Positions 18,004-27,595 of a stretch of DNA of 64,000 nucleotides are shown here, piece after piece. Every line of letters begins with the position of its first letter. The stretch's first letter is position 1. Made by a program: the position numbers and the translations under genes. Source of the DNA: Eubacteriales bacterium (GTDB lineage: Bacteria > Bacillota > Clostridia > Oscillospirales > CAG-272). Under the pieces are notes generated by a model. The model made no database searches, was not told the DNA's origin, and worked only from the letters and a program-made list of their open reading frames with translations. The stretch is from contig JAZNND010000059.1 of the NCBI GenBank assembly GCA_045580085.1, positions 2,782 to 66,781 of the forward strand, given 5' to 3'.

Positions 18004-20463
18004 ATGCGTGAAATTCATTTGATCTGTAATGCCCATTTGGATCCTATGTGGCTTTGGGAATGGGAAGAGGGAGCAGCCGAAACGCTGTCTACCTATCGCA
18101 CTGCCGCGCGGCTTTGCGAAGAGTTTGACGGATTCGTGTTCTGCCACAATGAAGCACTGTTATATGAGTGGATCGAGGAATATGAACCCTCGCTTTTTGA
18201 AAAAATTCGAACGCTCGTTGCCGCGGGTAAATGGAATATCATGGGCGGCTGGTATTTGCAACCCGATTGCAATATGCCTTCCGGAGAAGGATTTCTCCGT
18301 CAAATCGGAAAGGGCAATGAGTATTTCAAGGAAAAATTCGGTGTTTCTTTTGACACAGCTGTTAATTTTGATTCTTTCGGTCACAACCGCGGTTTGGTTC
18401 AGATCATGGCGAAGTGCGGTTATAAAAACTATATCCTCCACCGTCCCAATCGCGGTTTCCGTGATTATCCCCAAGAATATATTTGGGAAGGCTTTGATGG
18501 TTCCGAGGTCATGGTGAATCACCACTACAGAGGCTATAACTCTCCCCTTGGCAAGTCCGCCGAGTTGATCTCTCAACTGGTGGAAACCAGAAGCGAAGCC
18601 CCCCTTTGCATTCTTTGGGGTGTCGGCAATCACGGCGGCGGTCCCAGCCGTAAGGACCTTACGGATATTCGCGCGCTGAAAGAAGAGCTTGCCGCAAAGG
18701 ACATCAAGCTCATTCATTCTACGCCCGAGCAGTACTTTGCCGCCGCAAGAAAGGCGCGTCCGGTGCAGACGCTTCCGCGTATGTTGACCTCCTTGAACCC
18801 CTCGCAACCCGGTTGCTATACCTCACAAAGCGAGATCAAGCGGCTTTATCGCAAGTTGGAGAAAGAGCTTTTCTTAACAGAAAAAGTGGCATCCGCCGCT
18901 TGCGCCAAAGGGCTCATGAAATGGCCCGAGGAAATCAGTCAGGCGGAACGCGATCTTTGCTTTATGCAATTCCATGATATTCTCCCAGGCTCTTCCATCA
19001 AACGGGTAGAGGAAGCGGGGATTCGTGTGGCGTATCACGGCTTGGAAATTCTTTCACGTCTGCGCACGCGCGCTTATTTTGCGTTATCCTCCGAAGTGGG
19101 CTACACTCCCGACGGTTCTTATCCCATTTTGGTATACAATCCTCTGCCTTATGACGTTGAGCGTATCGTTGAGGTGGAATTCAATCTTGCTGACCAAAAC
19201 TGGGGCGATGACGTAACATTTATGACGATTGAGGACAAAGAAGGTAATTCCTATCCCATCCAGATTGAGCATGAATACAGCAATATTCCTCTCGATTGGC
19301 GTAAGCATCTTACCTTCCGCGTACCGTTGAAGGCATCGTCGATGAATGTGTTCTGCGCGAAGCCCTATCGTGTGCCGCAAAAACTTGTGCCTCTGCCGAT
19401 GAACGGTGTGATGCGTTTTGCCTGCGGCGAGCTTAAGGTGGATGTGGATTCTTCCAAAGGGCTCATCACCCGTATTGAGAAAAACGGCAAAGTTTATCTG
19501 GATGGCGAAGGTATGAAGATCACCCTCTTTACGGATACCGAGGACGCTTGGGCGCAACGCATGTTCCAACATGAAAAGATCGGAGATAAGATGGGGGAGT
19601 TCAAGCTCCTGTCTGCCGAAGAGGGAAGCGTTCTTTCGGGCGTTCATACCACATTGCCCTCCTGCCGTATCATTGAAGACGGAGACGTTCGTACTGTGGT
19701 AGAGGCGGTATTTGGGTACGGTCTTTCCCGTGCCGTTGTGCGCTACACCTTCCCCAAGACGGAAAGCAGATTCTCGGTTTCTTACACCGTGATGTGTGCC
19801 GAAAAGGATAAATGTCTGAAAATCGAGCTCCCTACGGGTGACGGTGATTTTATCGGACAAAAGGCATTCGGCAGAGAAGCTCTCTCCAAAGAAGGTTGTG
19901 AGGATGTTTTCAACGACTGGTGCGGCATTTTTCATGGCAAAGAAGGTCTCTTTGCCGTCACGGGCGGAACCTATGCCGCGTCCTTCACCAACAACTGCCT
20001 TTATTTGAATCTCTTGCGTACCGCCGCTTATACGGGGCATCCGATCTATGATCGCCCCTTGGTGCCGCAAGATCGCTATACCGATCGCTTTGATCTTGGC
20101 GAACGCTCTTTCACCTTTACCTTTGCGGTGGATACGTGTGAAGAGGCGGATAAGATCGCTATGATGGAAAGAGATGTTCCCATTTCTTTCTCCTTCTTCC
20201 CGAAAAACACGGCGGATATTCCCCTCGAAAGTAAACCTTTCATTACAATTTCAGATGATAAAGTTCAGCTTTCCGCCATGTTCCGTCGTAAGGAAGGCAA
20301 ATATTTGGTTCGCCTTTATAATGCAAGCGAGAACGAAACGGAGGCTACTCTTGAAATTCCTGCGTTCGGCATCCGCCAAACGCTCACCTTCACGCCTTTT
20401 GTATTCCGCACCTTTGAAGCGGAACAAGGGGAATGGCGTGAAATCGAGGCATCCGCAAGATAA
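18004..20463 (+). CDS. Glycoside hydrolase family 38 (alpha-mannosidase-like), cytoplasmic
   Basis: 819 aa with no signal peptide. The N-terminus IHLICNAHLDPMWLWEWEEG..GGWYLQPDCNMPSGE..FDSFGH matches the GH38 N-domain pattern. Confidence 0.8.
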   Translation: MREIHLICNAHLDPMWLWEWEEGAAETLSTYRTAARLCEEFDGFVFCHNEALLYEWIEEYEPSLFEKIRTLVAAGKWNIMGGWYLQPDCNMPSGEGFLRQIGKGNEYFKEKFGVSFDTAVNFDSFGHNRGLVQIMAKCGYKNYILHRPNRGFRDYPQEYIWEGFDGSEVMVNHHYRGYNSPLGKSAELISQLVETRSEAPLCILWGVGNHGGGPSRKDLTDIRALKEELAAKDIKLIHSTPEQYFAAARKARPVQTLPRMLTSLNPSQPGCYTSQSEIKRLYRKLEKELFLTEKVASAACAKGLMKWPEEISQAERDLCFMQFHDILPGSSIKRVEEAGIRVAYHGLEILSRLRTRAYFALSSEVGYTPDGSYPILVYNPLPYDVERIVEVEFNLADQNWGDDVTFMTIEDKEGNSYPIQIEHEYSNIPLDWRKHLTFRVPLKASSMNVFCAKPYRVPQKLVPLPMNGVMRFACGELKVDVDSSKGLITRIEKNGKVYLDGEGMKITLFTDTEDAWAQRMFQHEKIGDKMGEFKLLSAEEGSVLSGVHTTLPSCRIIEDGDVRTVVEAVFGYGLSRAVVRYTFPKTESRFSVSYTVMCAEKDKCLKIELPTGDGDFIGQKAFGREALSKEGCEDVFNDWCGIFHGKEGLFAVTGGTYAASFTNNCLYLNLLRTAAYTGHPIYDRPLVPQDRYTDRFDLGERSFTFTFAVDTCEEADKIAMMERDVPISFSFFPKNTADIPLESKPFITISDDKVQLSAMFRRKEGKYLVRLYNASENETEATLEIPAFGIRQTLTFTPFVFRTFEAEQGEWREIEASAR

Positions 20464-20470
20464 AAAACAG

Positions 20471-20508
20471 GTGGGGCTGAGTCGTTCACTCAGCCCCACG
20501 CTCTTTTT
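20471..20508 (+). terminator. Intrinsic terminator after GH38
   Basis: GTGGGGCTGAGT-CGTTC-ACTCAGCCCCAC (12-bp stem) followed by GCTCTTTTT. Confidence 0.75.
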
Positions 20509-20531
20509 GAGACATTCGCCTCTTTTTTGTG

Positions 20532-20560
20532 TTGACAATCGGGCACTTTTGCGGTAAAAT
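20532..20560 (+). promoter_or_regulatory. Putative sigma-A promoter of the 1004-aa gene
   Basis: TTGACA (20532-20537), 17-nt spacer, TAAAAT (20555-20560). Confidence 0.5.
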
Positions 20561-20590
20561 AAAAGTAGTATTGATAGAAGGAGTGAGATC

Positions 20591-23500
20591 ATGAAAAGAC
20601 TGCTTACCTTTTGCATGGCATGGATCTTATTGCTCGGCGCGTTGCCGTTCGCTGTCGGTGCAAAGGAGGATACCGGAACCCTTTTGACCGATGCCCGTTC
20701 GCTTTATGTTACGGACGGCTTGACGGTGCAATGCCAAGCTTATGACAACACCGCGCTCTCTGTGTCCTCTACCTGGCAGGGCGACACGGGGCATGTTGAC
20801 TTGATTGGCAACTGGGAGAAAAACGAGAACGGAAAAGGTCTTTCTTACGTTAAGAAAAACGTGAATTTTTGCGGTATTGGAATTCCCGCCGATTTGATCG
20901 GCGGCGGTGATTATACCATAGAAACGGTCATCACGCCTTTGGGTGTTATAGATAGCGAAACGGGGGATAGAAAGCAAGGTGCCTCCTCGCGCGATCTTGC
21001 GCTTCAAGTCGGACCTTTCAAGGCGTACGGCTATCCGAGCATGGATGGCGTAGATACCTCTCTCGCTTTGCGCTATTATTATGCCGCAAACGGCGGTTTT
21101 GCCGCAAACGGAAGCCACTATAGCACATGGAACAGCTTTTTGGCATACGGAACATCGGATGCGCTGACCTATACGATCCGTCACACCACGGACGGCAAAA
21201 GCTCTTGTTATCAAGTCCTTCATGACGGAACGGTAGCCAATGTTTTGAACATAGGGGAAGAGGAATACGTTCCCTTTGAACTGTCGGACGGAAGAGCACA
21301 GCTTTTCTGCTATTTTCCCATCAATGTGTATGCGGTGCGTGTTTATAATCGCGCTTTGAGCGCGGAAGAACGTGCGCAAAACCATTTCGCGGACCTGTTG
21401 CTTTATCACGGCATTGATCTGTCTTTGTTCTGGAATGATTTGACGGAAGAGGAAAAAACGTCTTTGATGCTTTCCGCCGCCGATATTTCCTTTAACGATG
21501 GTGCACAAGTGCTTGGCGCACATATTTCTGCTTATCTTTACGATAAAGAGGTGATCGGAGAAGAAAGCTTCCGTGCGATCGTAAAGCAGTATTCCTTGGA
21601 TCTTATGCCCTATCTTGCCGCACCGAACCGCGCATATGTGCGTGAGGCTCTTGCCTTTGTACCCTTGCGGGGGCATGCCGCAGGTGCGGTGCAAACTTTG
21701 CTTAACACGCTTTGCGCGGGTGAAGATGTAAAGCAAAAATTGCTGGCTTTTTCGCATTTTGATGCCATCTCGAGGGAAGAGCCGGAGATCAATGCTATCT
21801 TTACGGTCGATGCGGATTTGTTGGCTCTGCTCTCGGAGCTCTATACCGTTTCCTATGGAGCTCTTGTCGGTTCTGCCGATGTATATGGGAGTTTTGATGC
21901 ACTCACTCTGACCGAAGAGGGGAGAGCACCGCAAAGCGCCGCTGTTTACTATGCAAAGGAAGGCGATGAAGAGGGTTTTTCATATACCGTATATTGGAAT
22001 GAGGATCACCAAAACAAGAAAGATTACAAACAAAAGGTTCGCTTCCGCGGATTTTTGATCTTGACGGATTCCGAAGGCATGAAAGAGATCATTTATGTGA
22101 ATGCGGAAGAAAAATATGACTATTACGGTAACGAAAAGTTGCTTTCCGATCCTTCAATCTATACCGCCGCGCGTTACTTTGTCAGCGATTATACGGGTGA
22201 ATATATGCAGGCATACCGCTTTTACCATCATCCCGTTTTGCGTGAGGTACTCTTTTCATGCGGTGCTACTATTCCCACGCGAGATGAGGAATTTGCCGAT
22301 GCCGACCGCTTGACCGAGCTTCGCGATGCCCTCAAATCAGGGCTCGAAGAAGCAAAAACGGTGGAAAACGTGCTTTATACCGCATCCTCCTCCGCTATCT
22401 TGGGCGAAAAGAGTATTTGGGTGGAATATCTTGCCGATTCCGTGGCTTCGGATAAGCGCATTCGCCCCGCTTACATCTATTTTCCCACCGAGTATAATCC
22501 TACAAGAAAAACGCAGACCGAGCTAAAAAATGCCGGTGTTTATCGCGTGTTCTGCTATATCGGCATGCCGACAGGCACAGAGACCGTTCCGGGCTTAATG
22601 TGCGTACACGGCGGCGGTGGGCAAGCTTATATCCGCTATGTACAAGAGGCGGTCAACCACGGTTATGCGGCGATTGCCATTGATTGCGACGGCGAAACCA
22701 GACCGGATCCTACCGCAGCCGACGGAGGCAGTTACACCTTGGATTATCTCGGCAAAGCCAAAGACAGTCTTGCAGATTCTCAGCGCGATATCGACGAACA
22801 ATGGATGTATTATGTCCAAAGAGCGTTGATCTACGCCAATACCGTCTTGCGTTCTTTTGATCGGGTAGACGAGGATGCTGTCGGCATTACAGGCATTTCT
22901 TGGGGTGGGTTGACAACCACCATCGCCATCGGCTACGATGACAGATACGCGTTTGCCGTTCCCGTTTATCTTTCGGGCAATATGGATGAGAGTGTGGGCT
23001 CTTGGAGTGGCGATTTCTATCAAAAAGGGCTTTGGTATAACGATGCGCTTCTTTACGAAGTGGACACTCCCGTGCTGATCATCAACAGCGACGGCGACAA
23101 ATATGCCTCGCTCAATACCAATGCGCTCACCTATTTTGATCTTCCTAACGCCGAGATGTGCATCATTCACGGCTATGCTCACTCGCAACAGCGTGGCGCA
23201 TCTTTGTCGGAAATCTATATGTTTGGCAACAGTGTGACCGGTTATGGGGTGGATGCTATGCCCATGTTGAACCAAACACCCACCGAAGAGGACGGCAGAG
23301 ACTATATCCTCTCCTTTCTCTCAAACAGCTTGCTCTCGGATCATACTGCAACGCTTTACTATTTGACCGAGCCGATTTCGTACTTAGACGGCAAAATGCG
23401 TGTGGAGTGGAAATCGCAAGAGCTTACGGTTTCGGACGGCGATATCCATGTGACCGTTCCCGATGAGGCTTGCGTTTACTATATTTCTTTCACGGCGTAT

Positions 23501-23605
23501 AACAAGACCGAGGATAGAATGCCCACCGTTTATTTTGAATATGACGGCATCATCTACGGTTCAACGCCTTTGGTTACGATAGGTTCTAAAGGACTTTATT
23601 CTTAA
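20591..23605 (+). CDS. Secreted LamG-module protein with a C-terminal alpha/beta-hydrolase (acetyl-xylan-esterase/dienelactone-hydrolase-like) domain
   Basis: Signal peptide MKRLLTFCMAWILLLGALPFAVGA. The LamG module runs from LYVTDGLTVQCQAYD to VYAVRVYNRALSAEERAQNHFADL (21326-21412). The esterase part has CVHGGGGQAY, a nucleophile elbow GISWGG, plus SDGDKY and HGYAHS. Confidence 0.8.
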   Translation: MKRLLTFCMAWILLLGALPFAVGAKEDTGTLLTDARSLYVTDGLTVQCQAYDNTALSVSSTWQGDTGHVDLIGNWEKNENGKGLSYVKKNVNFCGIGIPADLIGGGDYTIETVITPLGVIDSETGDRKQGASSRDLALQVGPFKAYGYPSMDGVDTSLALRYYYAANGGFAANGSHYSTWNSFLAYGTSDALTYTIRHTTDGKSSCYQVLHDGTVANVLNIGEEEYVPFELSDGRAQLFCYFPINVYAVRVYNRALSAEERAQNHFADLLLYHGIDLSLFWNDLTEEEKTSLMLSAADISFNDGAQVLGAHISAYLYDKEVIGEESFRAIVKQYSLDLMPYLAAPNRAYVREALAFVPLRGHAAGAVQTLLNTLCAGEDVKQKLLAFSHFDAISREEPEINAIFTVDADLLALLSELYTVSYGALVGSADVYGSFDALTLTEEGRAPQSAAVYYAKEGDEEGFSYTVYWNEDHQNKKDYKQKVRFRGFLILTDSEGMKEIIYVNAEEKYDYYGNEKLLSDPSIYTAARYFVSDYTGEYMQAYRFYHHPVLREVLFSCGATIPTRDEEFADADRLTELRDALKSGLEEAKTVENVLYTASSSAILGEKSIWVEYLADSVASDKRIRPAYIYFPTEYNPTRKTQTELKNAGVYRVFCYIGMPTGTETVPGLMCVHGGGGQAYIRYVQEAVNHGYAAIAIDCDGETRPDPTAADGGSYTLDYLGKAKDSLADSQRDIDEQWMYYVQRALIYANTVLRSFDRVDEDAVGITGISWGGLTTTIAIGYDDRYAFAVPVYLSGNMDESVGSWSGDFYQKGLWYNDALLYEVDTPVLIINSDGDKYASLNTNALTYFDLPNAEMCIIHGYAHSQQRGASLSEIYMFGNSVTGYGVDAMPMLNQTPTEEDGRDYILSFLSNSLLSDHTATLYYLTEPISYLDGKMRVEWKSQELTVSDGDIHVTVPDEACVYYISFTAYNKTEDRMPTVYFEYDGIIYGSTPLVTIGSKGLYS

Positions 23606-23757
23606 AGGGGCTGCTTCACTTGTTGCGAAGCACCGAAAAACAACCTAAAGCAGTTGTTTTTCTGCCCCCGTTGGTTGCATTTTGCAAATACAGCACAACC
23701 TACAAATTTTCTGCGAAAATTTCGGCAATTTGCGCCGCCCATGGCACAAATTGCAGC

Positions 23758-23782
23758 GGGGCTGAGTCAAAGACTCAGCCCC
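23758..23782. terminator. Hairpin between convergent genes (1004-aa gene and MATE)
   Basis: GGGGCTGAGTC-AAA-GACTCAGCCCC (11-bp stem). The T-tract is poor on both strands. Confidence 0.45.
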
Positions 23783-23789
23783 TTGATTA

Positions 23790-25151
23790 TTATACTTCTT
23801 TCTTTTTCCAAAGTCCTGTGAAATAGAAAACAATACCGATAAAGAAGGGCGTGAAGCCGGCAAGCGCGTCTCCGAGCCAAAAACCATAGTGCGCCATGCC
23901 GAGTGCCAGACCAAAGAGCAGAGAAAGCCCAATTCGTAACACGATACCGTCTAAAATAGCAGTGACAAAATTGATCTTGTAATTGCCGCTTCCGTTGATG
24001 AGAGCGTTCATGATGGCACGCAATGCGCTGGCGAGGAAGAGCAAAATAGCAATCGGAACAAAGCCCGGTGCCAATGCCAAAACATCTGCGTCCTCTTCGT
24101 CTGTAAAAAGACCGAAGATTTCGGTGGGGAAGAGCGTAATCAAAAGGGAAAAGATCAGTGCGGTGGTTAAGGTGATAAGGGCAAGCCAAAGCAAGATCTT
24201 TTTCACACGGTCGTATTTTTTTGCCGCAATGTTTTGGCTGACCATGGTAGAACCTGCCGTGTTCATGGCGTTGGAAATCAAGATCGCGAAGCTGGCAAGT
24301 TTGTTGGCAATGCCGGAGAATGCCGAAATGGCAACGCCGTAGCCGTTGATCCATGCGTTCACGAACAGCTTGGAAAATTGAATAGCCGCCATTTTGATCG
24401 CCATCGGTGTGCCAAGCTTGACAAGATCGAGAAGCATCTCTTTGTTGGGGCGGATAAAATCACTTTTGCACGCTTGCAAAGAAAATGCCGCGCGTCGTTT
24501 GATCAAAAACGCGGTGCACAAAAGAAAACTGACCGCTTGGCTGAATACCGTAGCAATCGCCGCACCGGCACAGCCTAATTCAAGCCCCATAACGAGAACG
24601 ATGTCTAAGATAAGGTTCAAAATTGCCGCGATTCCGATGAAAAGAAACGGATGCTTGGAATCGCCCATGCCGCGCAAAATGGCACTGACGGTGTTGTAGC
24701 CGTAAATAAATACGAGCCCTATCATAGAGATCATGGAATAAGCCAACGCACCGTCGTATGCTTCGCCGGGGGTGTTCATTAAGGTCAGCAACTGATGCCT
24801 GAAAAGAATCCCCAAAACACTCATGACAACAGAGCTGACAAACAAAAAGAAGGTCATCGTTCCAACAAATTTGCCGAGCTTGTCACGCCTGCCTTCACCT
24901 ATGTACTTGGCAATCAAAACCTGTCCCGCGCTTGAAAATCCCATTGCGATAAAGGTCAAAAGATGGCTGACGTCTCCGCCCACCGAAACGGCAGAGATCC
25001 CCGCCTTTCCAAGCACCTGCCCCACGATAACCATGTCTACCATGCTGTAGAGCACTTGCAAAAGATTGGCTAAGAAAAGTGGGGAAGCGAACACAACCAA
25101 CTGCTTGGCTACGTTTCCCTCGGTAAAATCTTTGATTTGGGTTCTGTTCAT
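23790..25151 (-). CDS. MATE family efflux transporter
   Basis: 453 aa, 12-TM-like. The N-terminus FTEGNVAKQLVVFASPLFLANLLQVLYSMVDMVIVGQ is typical of MATE/NorM. Confidence 0.85.
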   Translation of the reverse strand: MNRTQIKDFTEGNVAKQLVVFASPLFLANLLQVLYSMVDMVIVGQVLGKAGISAVSVGGDVSHLLTFIAMGFSSAGQVLIAKYIGEGRRDKLGKFVGTMTFFLFVSSVVMSVLGILFRHQLLTLMNTPGEAYDGALAYSMISMIGLVFIYGYNTVSAILRGMGDSKHPFLFIGIAAILNLILDIVLVMGLELGCAGAAIATVFSQAVSFLLCTAFLIKRRAAFSLQACKSDFIRPNKEMLLDLVKLGTPMAIKMAAIQFSKLFVNAWINGYGVAISAFSGIANKLASFAILISNAMNTAGSTMVSQNIAAKKYDRVKKILLWLALITLTTALIFSLLITLFPTEIFGLFTDEEDADVLALAPGFVPIAILLFLASALRAIMNALINGSGNYKINFVTAILDGIVLRIGLSLLFGLALGMAHYGFWLGDALAGFTPFFIGIVFYFTGLWKKKEV

Positions 25152-25185
25152 GTTAAGCCTCTGTGTGGTACATCATTTTCATCTT

Positions 25186-25214
25186 ATTTTAACACACTTT
25201 TAAGCTAAAATCAA
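25186..25214 (-). promoter_or_regulatory. Putative promoter of the MATE gene
   Basis: On the minus strand: TTGATT (25214-25209), 17-nt spacer, TGtTAAAAT (-10 at 25191-25186). Confidence 0.35.
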
Positions 25215-25245
25215 GTGAAAATTTTGATTCAAAAATTCTAAACTC

Positions 25246-25275
25246 TTGACAATCCCATGGAAAATAGTGTATAAT
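25246..25275 (+). promoter_or_regulatory. Putative promoter of ruvC
   Basis: TTGACA (25246-25251), 18-nt spacer, TGtATAAT region (-10 TATAAT at 25270-25275). Confidence 0.45.
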
Positions 25276-25311
25276 AAAATGTAAAACTATTGCATACGAA
25301 AGGAAAGTACC

Positions 25312-25824
25312 ATGCGAATACTCGGTATCGATCCCGGCCTTGCCATTGTCGGCTGGGGAGTTGTGGAAGCGGTGGGCGGCCGTTTTTTTCCGGTTGCCTG
25401 CGGCTCGGTTACCACGCCGGCGCATACCGACGTTGATTTGCGCCTTTCCATGATATATGACGATATCGGTGCTTTGATGGATAAATATAAGCCGGACGCT
25501 TTGGCGATCGAAGAGCTGTTTTTCAACACCAACCGTACAACGGGCATCACGGTTGCCGAGGCGCGCGGCGTGGTTTTGCTTGCCGCAAGGCAACACCGTA
25601 TTCCCATCAGCGAGTATACGCCTTTGCAAGTAAAGCAGGCGGTCGTGGGATACGGCAAGGCGGAGAAAAGGCAGGTCATAGCGATGGTCACATCGCTTTT
25701 GAAACTTCCTGCGCCTCCCAAGCCCGACGATACCGCCGATGCGCTTGCCATCGCTCTTTGCCACGGGCAGAATGCGGCATCTGCGCTTAATCGCTATTCC
25801 TTATTGAAACAGAAGAGAGGATAA
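25312..25824 (+). CDS. ruvC: Crossover junction endodeoxyribonuclease RuvC
   Basis: MRILGIDPGLAIVGWGV..AIEELFFN..VKQAVVGYGKAEKRQV..DDTADALAIALCH matches RuvC. Confidence 0.93.
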   Translation: MRILGIDPGLAIVGWGVVEAVGGRFFPVACGSVTTPAHTDVDLRLSMIYDDIGALMDKYKPDALAIEELFFNTNRTTGITVAEARGVVLLAARQHRIPISEYTPLQVKQAVVGYGKAEKRQVIAMVTSLLKLPAPPKPDDTADALAIALCHGQNAASALNRYSLLKQKRG

Positions 25825-25828
25825 CTCC

Positions 25829-26719
25829 ATGTGGTTCAGTGAAAACTGGAAAGACTATCAACTTTTAGACGCTTCCGACGGGGAGAGACTGGAAATGTGG
25901 GGGAAATATTCCCTGATCCGTCCCGATCCGCAGGTTATTTGGAAAAACGAGAGAAAGCATCCGCTTTGGAAAAAAGCAGATGCCGGCTATCACCGTTCGC
26001 GCGGCGGAGGCGGCGCATGGGGAGAAAACAAGCTCCCTGAAAAATGGACTGTTTCGTACGGTTCTCTCCGTTTTGCCATCAAACCGATGGGCTTTAAGCA
26101 CACCGGTCTTTTTCCCGAGCAGGCAACCAACTGGGATTGGTTTTCCGAGCTGATTCGCGAAGCAAACAGACCGATAAAGGTTTTGAATCTGTTTGCCTAT
26201 ACCGGCGGCGCAACCATGGCTGCCGCCGCCGCGGGAGCCTCTGTTTGCCATGTGGATGCGGCTAAGGGAATGGTGGCTACCGCAAAAGAGAACGCTTCGC
26301 TTTCGGGGCTTTCCGAGGCACCCATCCGCTATATTGTGGATGATTGCCGTAAATTTATGGAAAGAGAGCTTCGCCGCGGTAACCGCTATGACGGTATCAT
26401 TATGGATCCGCCCTCCTATGGCAGAGGTCCCACGGGGGAAGTTTGGAAGATTGAGGAGAGCATTGATTCTTTTGTAGCACTTGCTTCCGAGCTTTTATCG
26501 GATGAACCTCTTTTCTTTCTTCTCAATTCTTATACGACCGGACTCTCGGCATCCGCTATGCGTTATATCACCGATTTGCGCGTTGCGCGCGGCAGAGGCG
26601 GTGTATGCGAAGCCGATGAGATCGGCTTATATGTGCATCAAACCGGGCTCACGCTCCCTGCGGGCAGCAGTGTCAGATGCACTTTTGCGCAAAAGCCTGC
26701 TTTGCGCGGAAAGGAATAA
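25829..26719 (+). CDS. Class I SAM-dependent methyltransferase (RlmI/RlmK-like RNA methyltransferase family)
   Basis: VLNLFAYTGGATMAAA (SAM motif I-like), DGIIMDPPSYGRG (motif IV, DPP), and an FKHTGLFPEQ region. Confidence 0.7.
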   Translation: MWFSENWKDYQLLDASDGERLEMWGKYSLIRPDPQVIWKNERKHPLWKKADAGYHRSRGGGGAWGENKLPEKWTVSYGSLRFAIKPMGFKHTGLFPEQATNWDWFSELIREANRPIKVLNLFAYTGGATMAAAAAGASVCHVDAAKGMVATAKENASLSGLSEAPIRYIVDDCRKFMERELRRGNRYDGIIMDPPSYGRGPTGEVWKIEESIDSFVALASELLSDEPLFFLLNSYTTGLSASAMRYITDLRVARGRGGVCEADEIGLYVHQTGLTLPAGSSVRCTFAQKPALRGKE

Positions 26720-26727
26720 TCTCATCG

Positions 26728-27594
26728 ATGAACGAATTTATTCGTGCTGAAAATGTCACCTTCAGCTATGAAAACGACGATAAAAAGATCCCTGCGCTCA
26801 AGGGTATCACTTTGTCTGTTGCCAAGGGCGAATACGTGGCGATTCTTGGGCATAACGGATCGGGTAAATCTACCTTTGCCAAGCTTTTAAATATGATATT
26901 GACACCTTCCTCGGGAAGACTTTTTGTGGCAGATGAGGAACTGACTTCTCCCGATTTTGATGAAGAAGCACTTTTTCGCTTGCGCCGCAAGATCGGTATG
27001 GTTTTTCAAAATCCCGACAACCAGCTTGTTGCAAGCGTAGTAGAGGAGGACGTGGCATTTGGTCCTGAAAACCTCGGTGTGCCTTATGAAGAAATGCATC
27101 AAAGAGTCAAAGAGGTGCTTGCAAAGGTCGGTATGAGCGAATACGCCAAGCATTCTCCCGCCCGTCTTTCGGGAGGACAAAAGCAGAGAGTTGCCATCGC
27201 TGGTGTGCTTGCCATGCAACCCGAATGCATGGTGCTTGACGAATCCACCGCTATGCTCGATCCCATCGGCAGACGTGAGGTTCTCGATACTGTTGAAAAG
27301 CTTCACCGCGAAGAGGGATTGACGCTTTTGCATATCACGCATTATATGGAAGAGGCGGCAAGAGCCGACCGTATTGTGGTGATTCACGACGGTGCCATCC
27401 TTTTGGACGGCACCCCAAAGGAAGTTTTTGCCAAGGTGCACCTGCTTCACAGCATTGGACTTGAAGCACCGCAAACAGGCGAGCTGATTCATAAGCTTTC
27501 AAAGGAAGGGATCGCGCTTCCCGCCGATGCGATCGGTATCGACGAATGTGCCGAGGCGATCCTCGCTTGGTATCACGCAAAGAAGGAAAATTAA
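26728..27594 (+). CDS. ecfA1: ECF transporter ATPase EcfA1
   Basis: ORF 26677..27594 trimmed to ATG 26728 (MNEFIRAENVTFSY). Walker A GHNGSGKST, signature LSGGQKQR, Walker B MVLDEST. Confidence 0.9.
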   Translation: MNEFIRAENVTFSYENDDKKIPALKGITLSVAKGEYVAILGHNGSGKSTFAKLLNMILTPSSGRLFVADEELTSPDFDEEALFRLRRKIGMVFQNPDNQLVASVVEEDVAFGPENLGVPYEEMHQRVKEVLAKVGMSEYAKHSPARLSGGQKQRVAIAGVLAMQPECMVLDESTAMLDPIGRREVLDTVEKLHREEGLTLLHITHYMEEAARADRIVVIHDGAILLDGTPKEVFAKVHLLHSIGLEAPQTGELIHKLSKEGIALPADAIGIDECAEAILAWYHAKKEN

Positions 27595-27595
27595 A

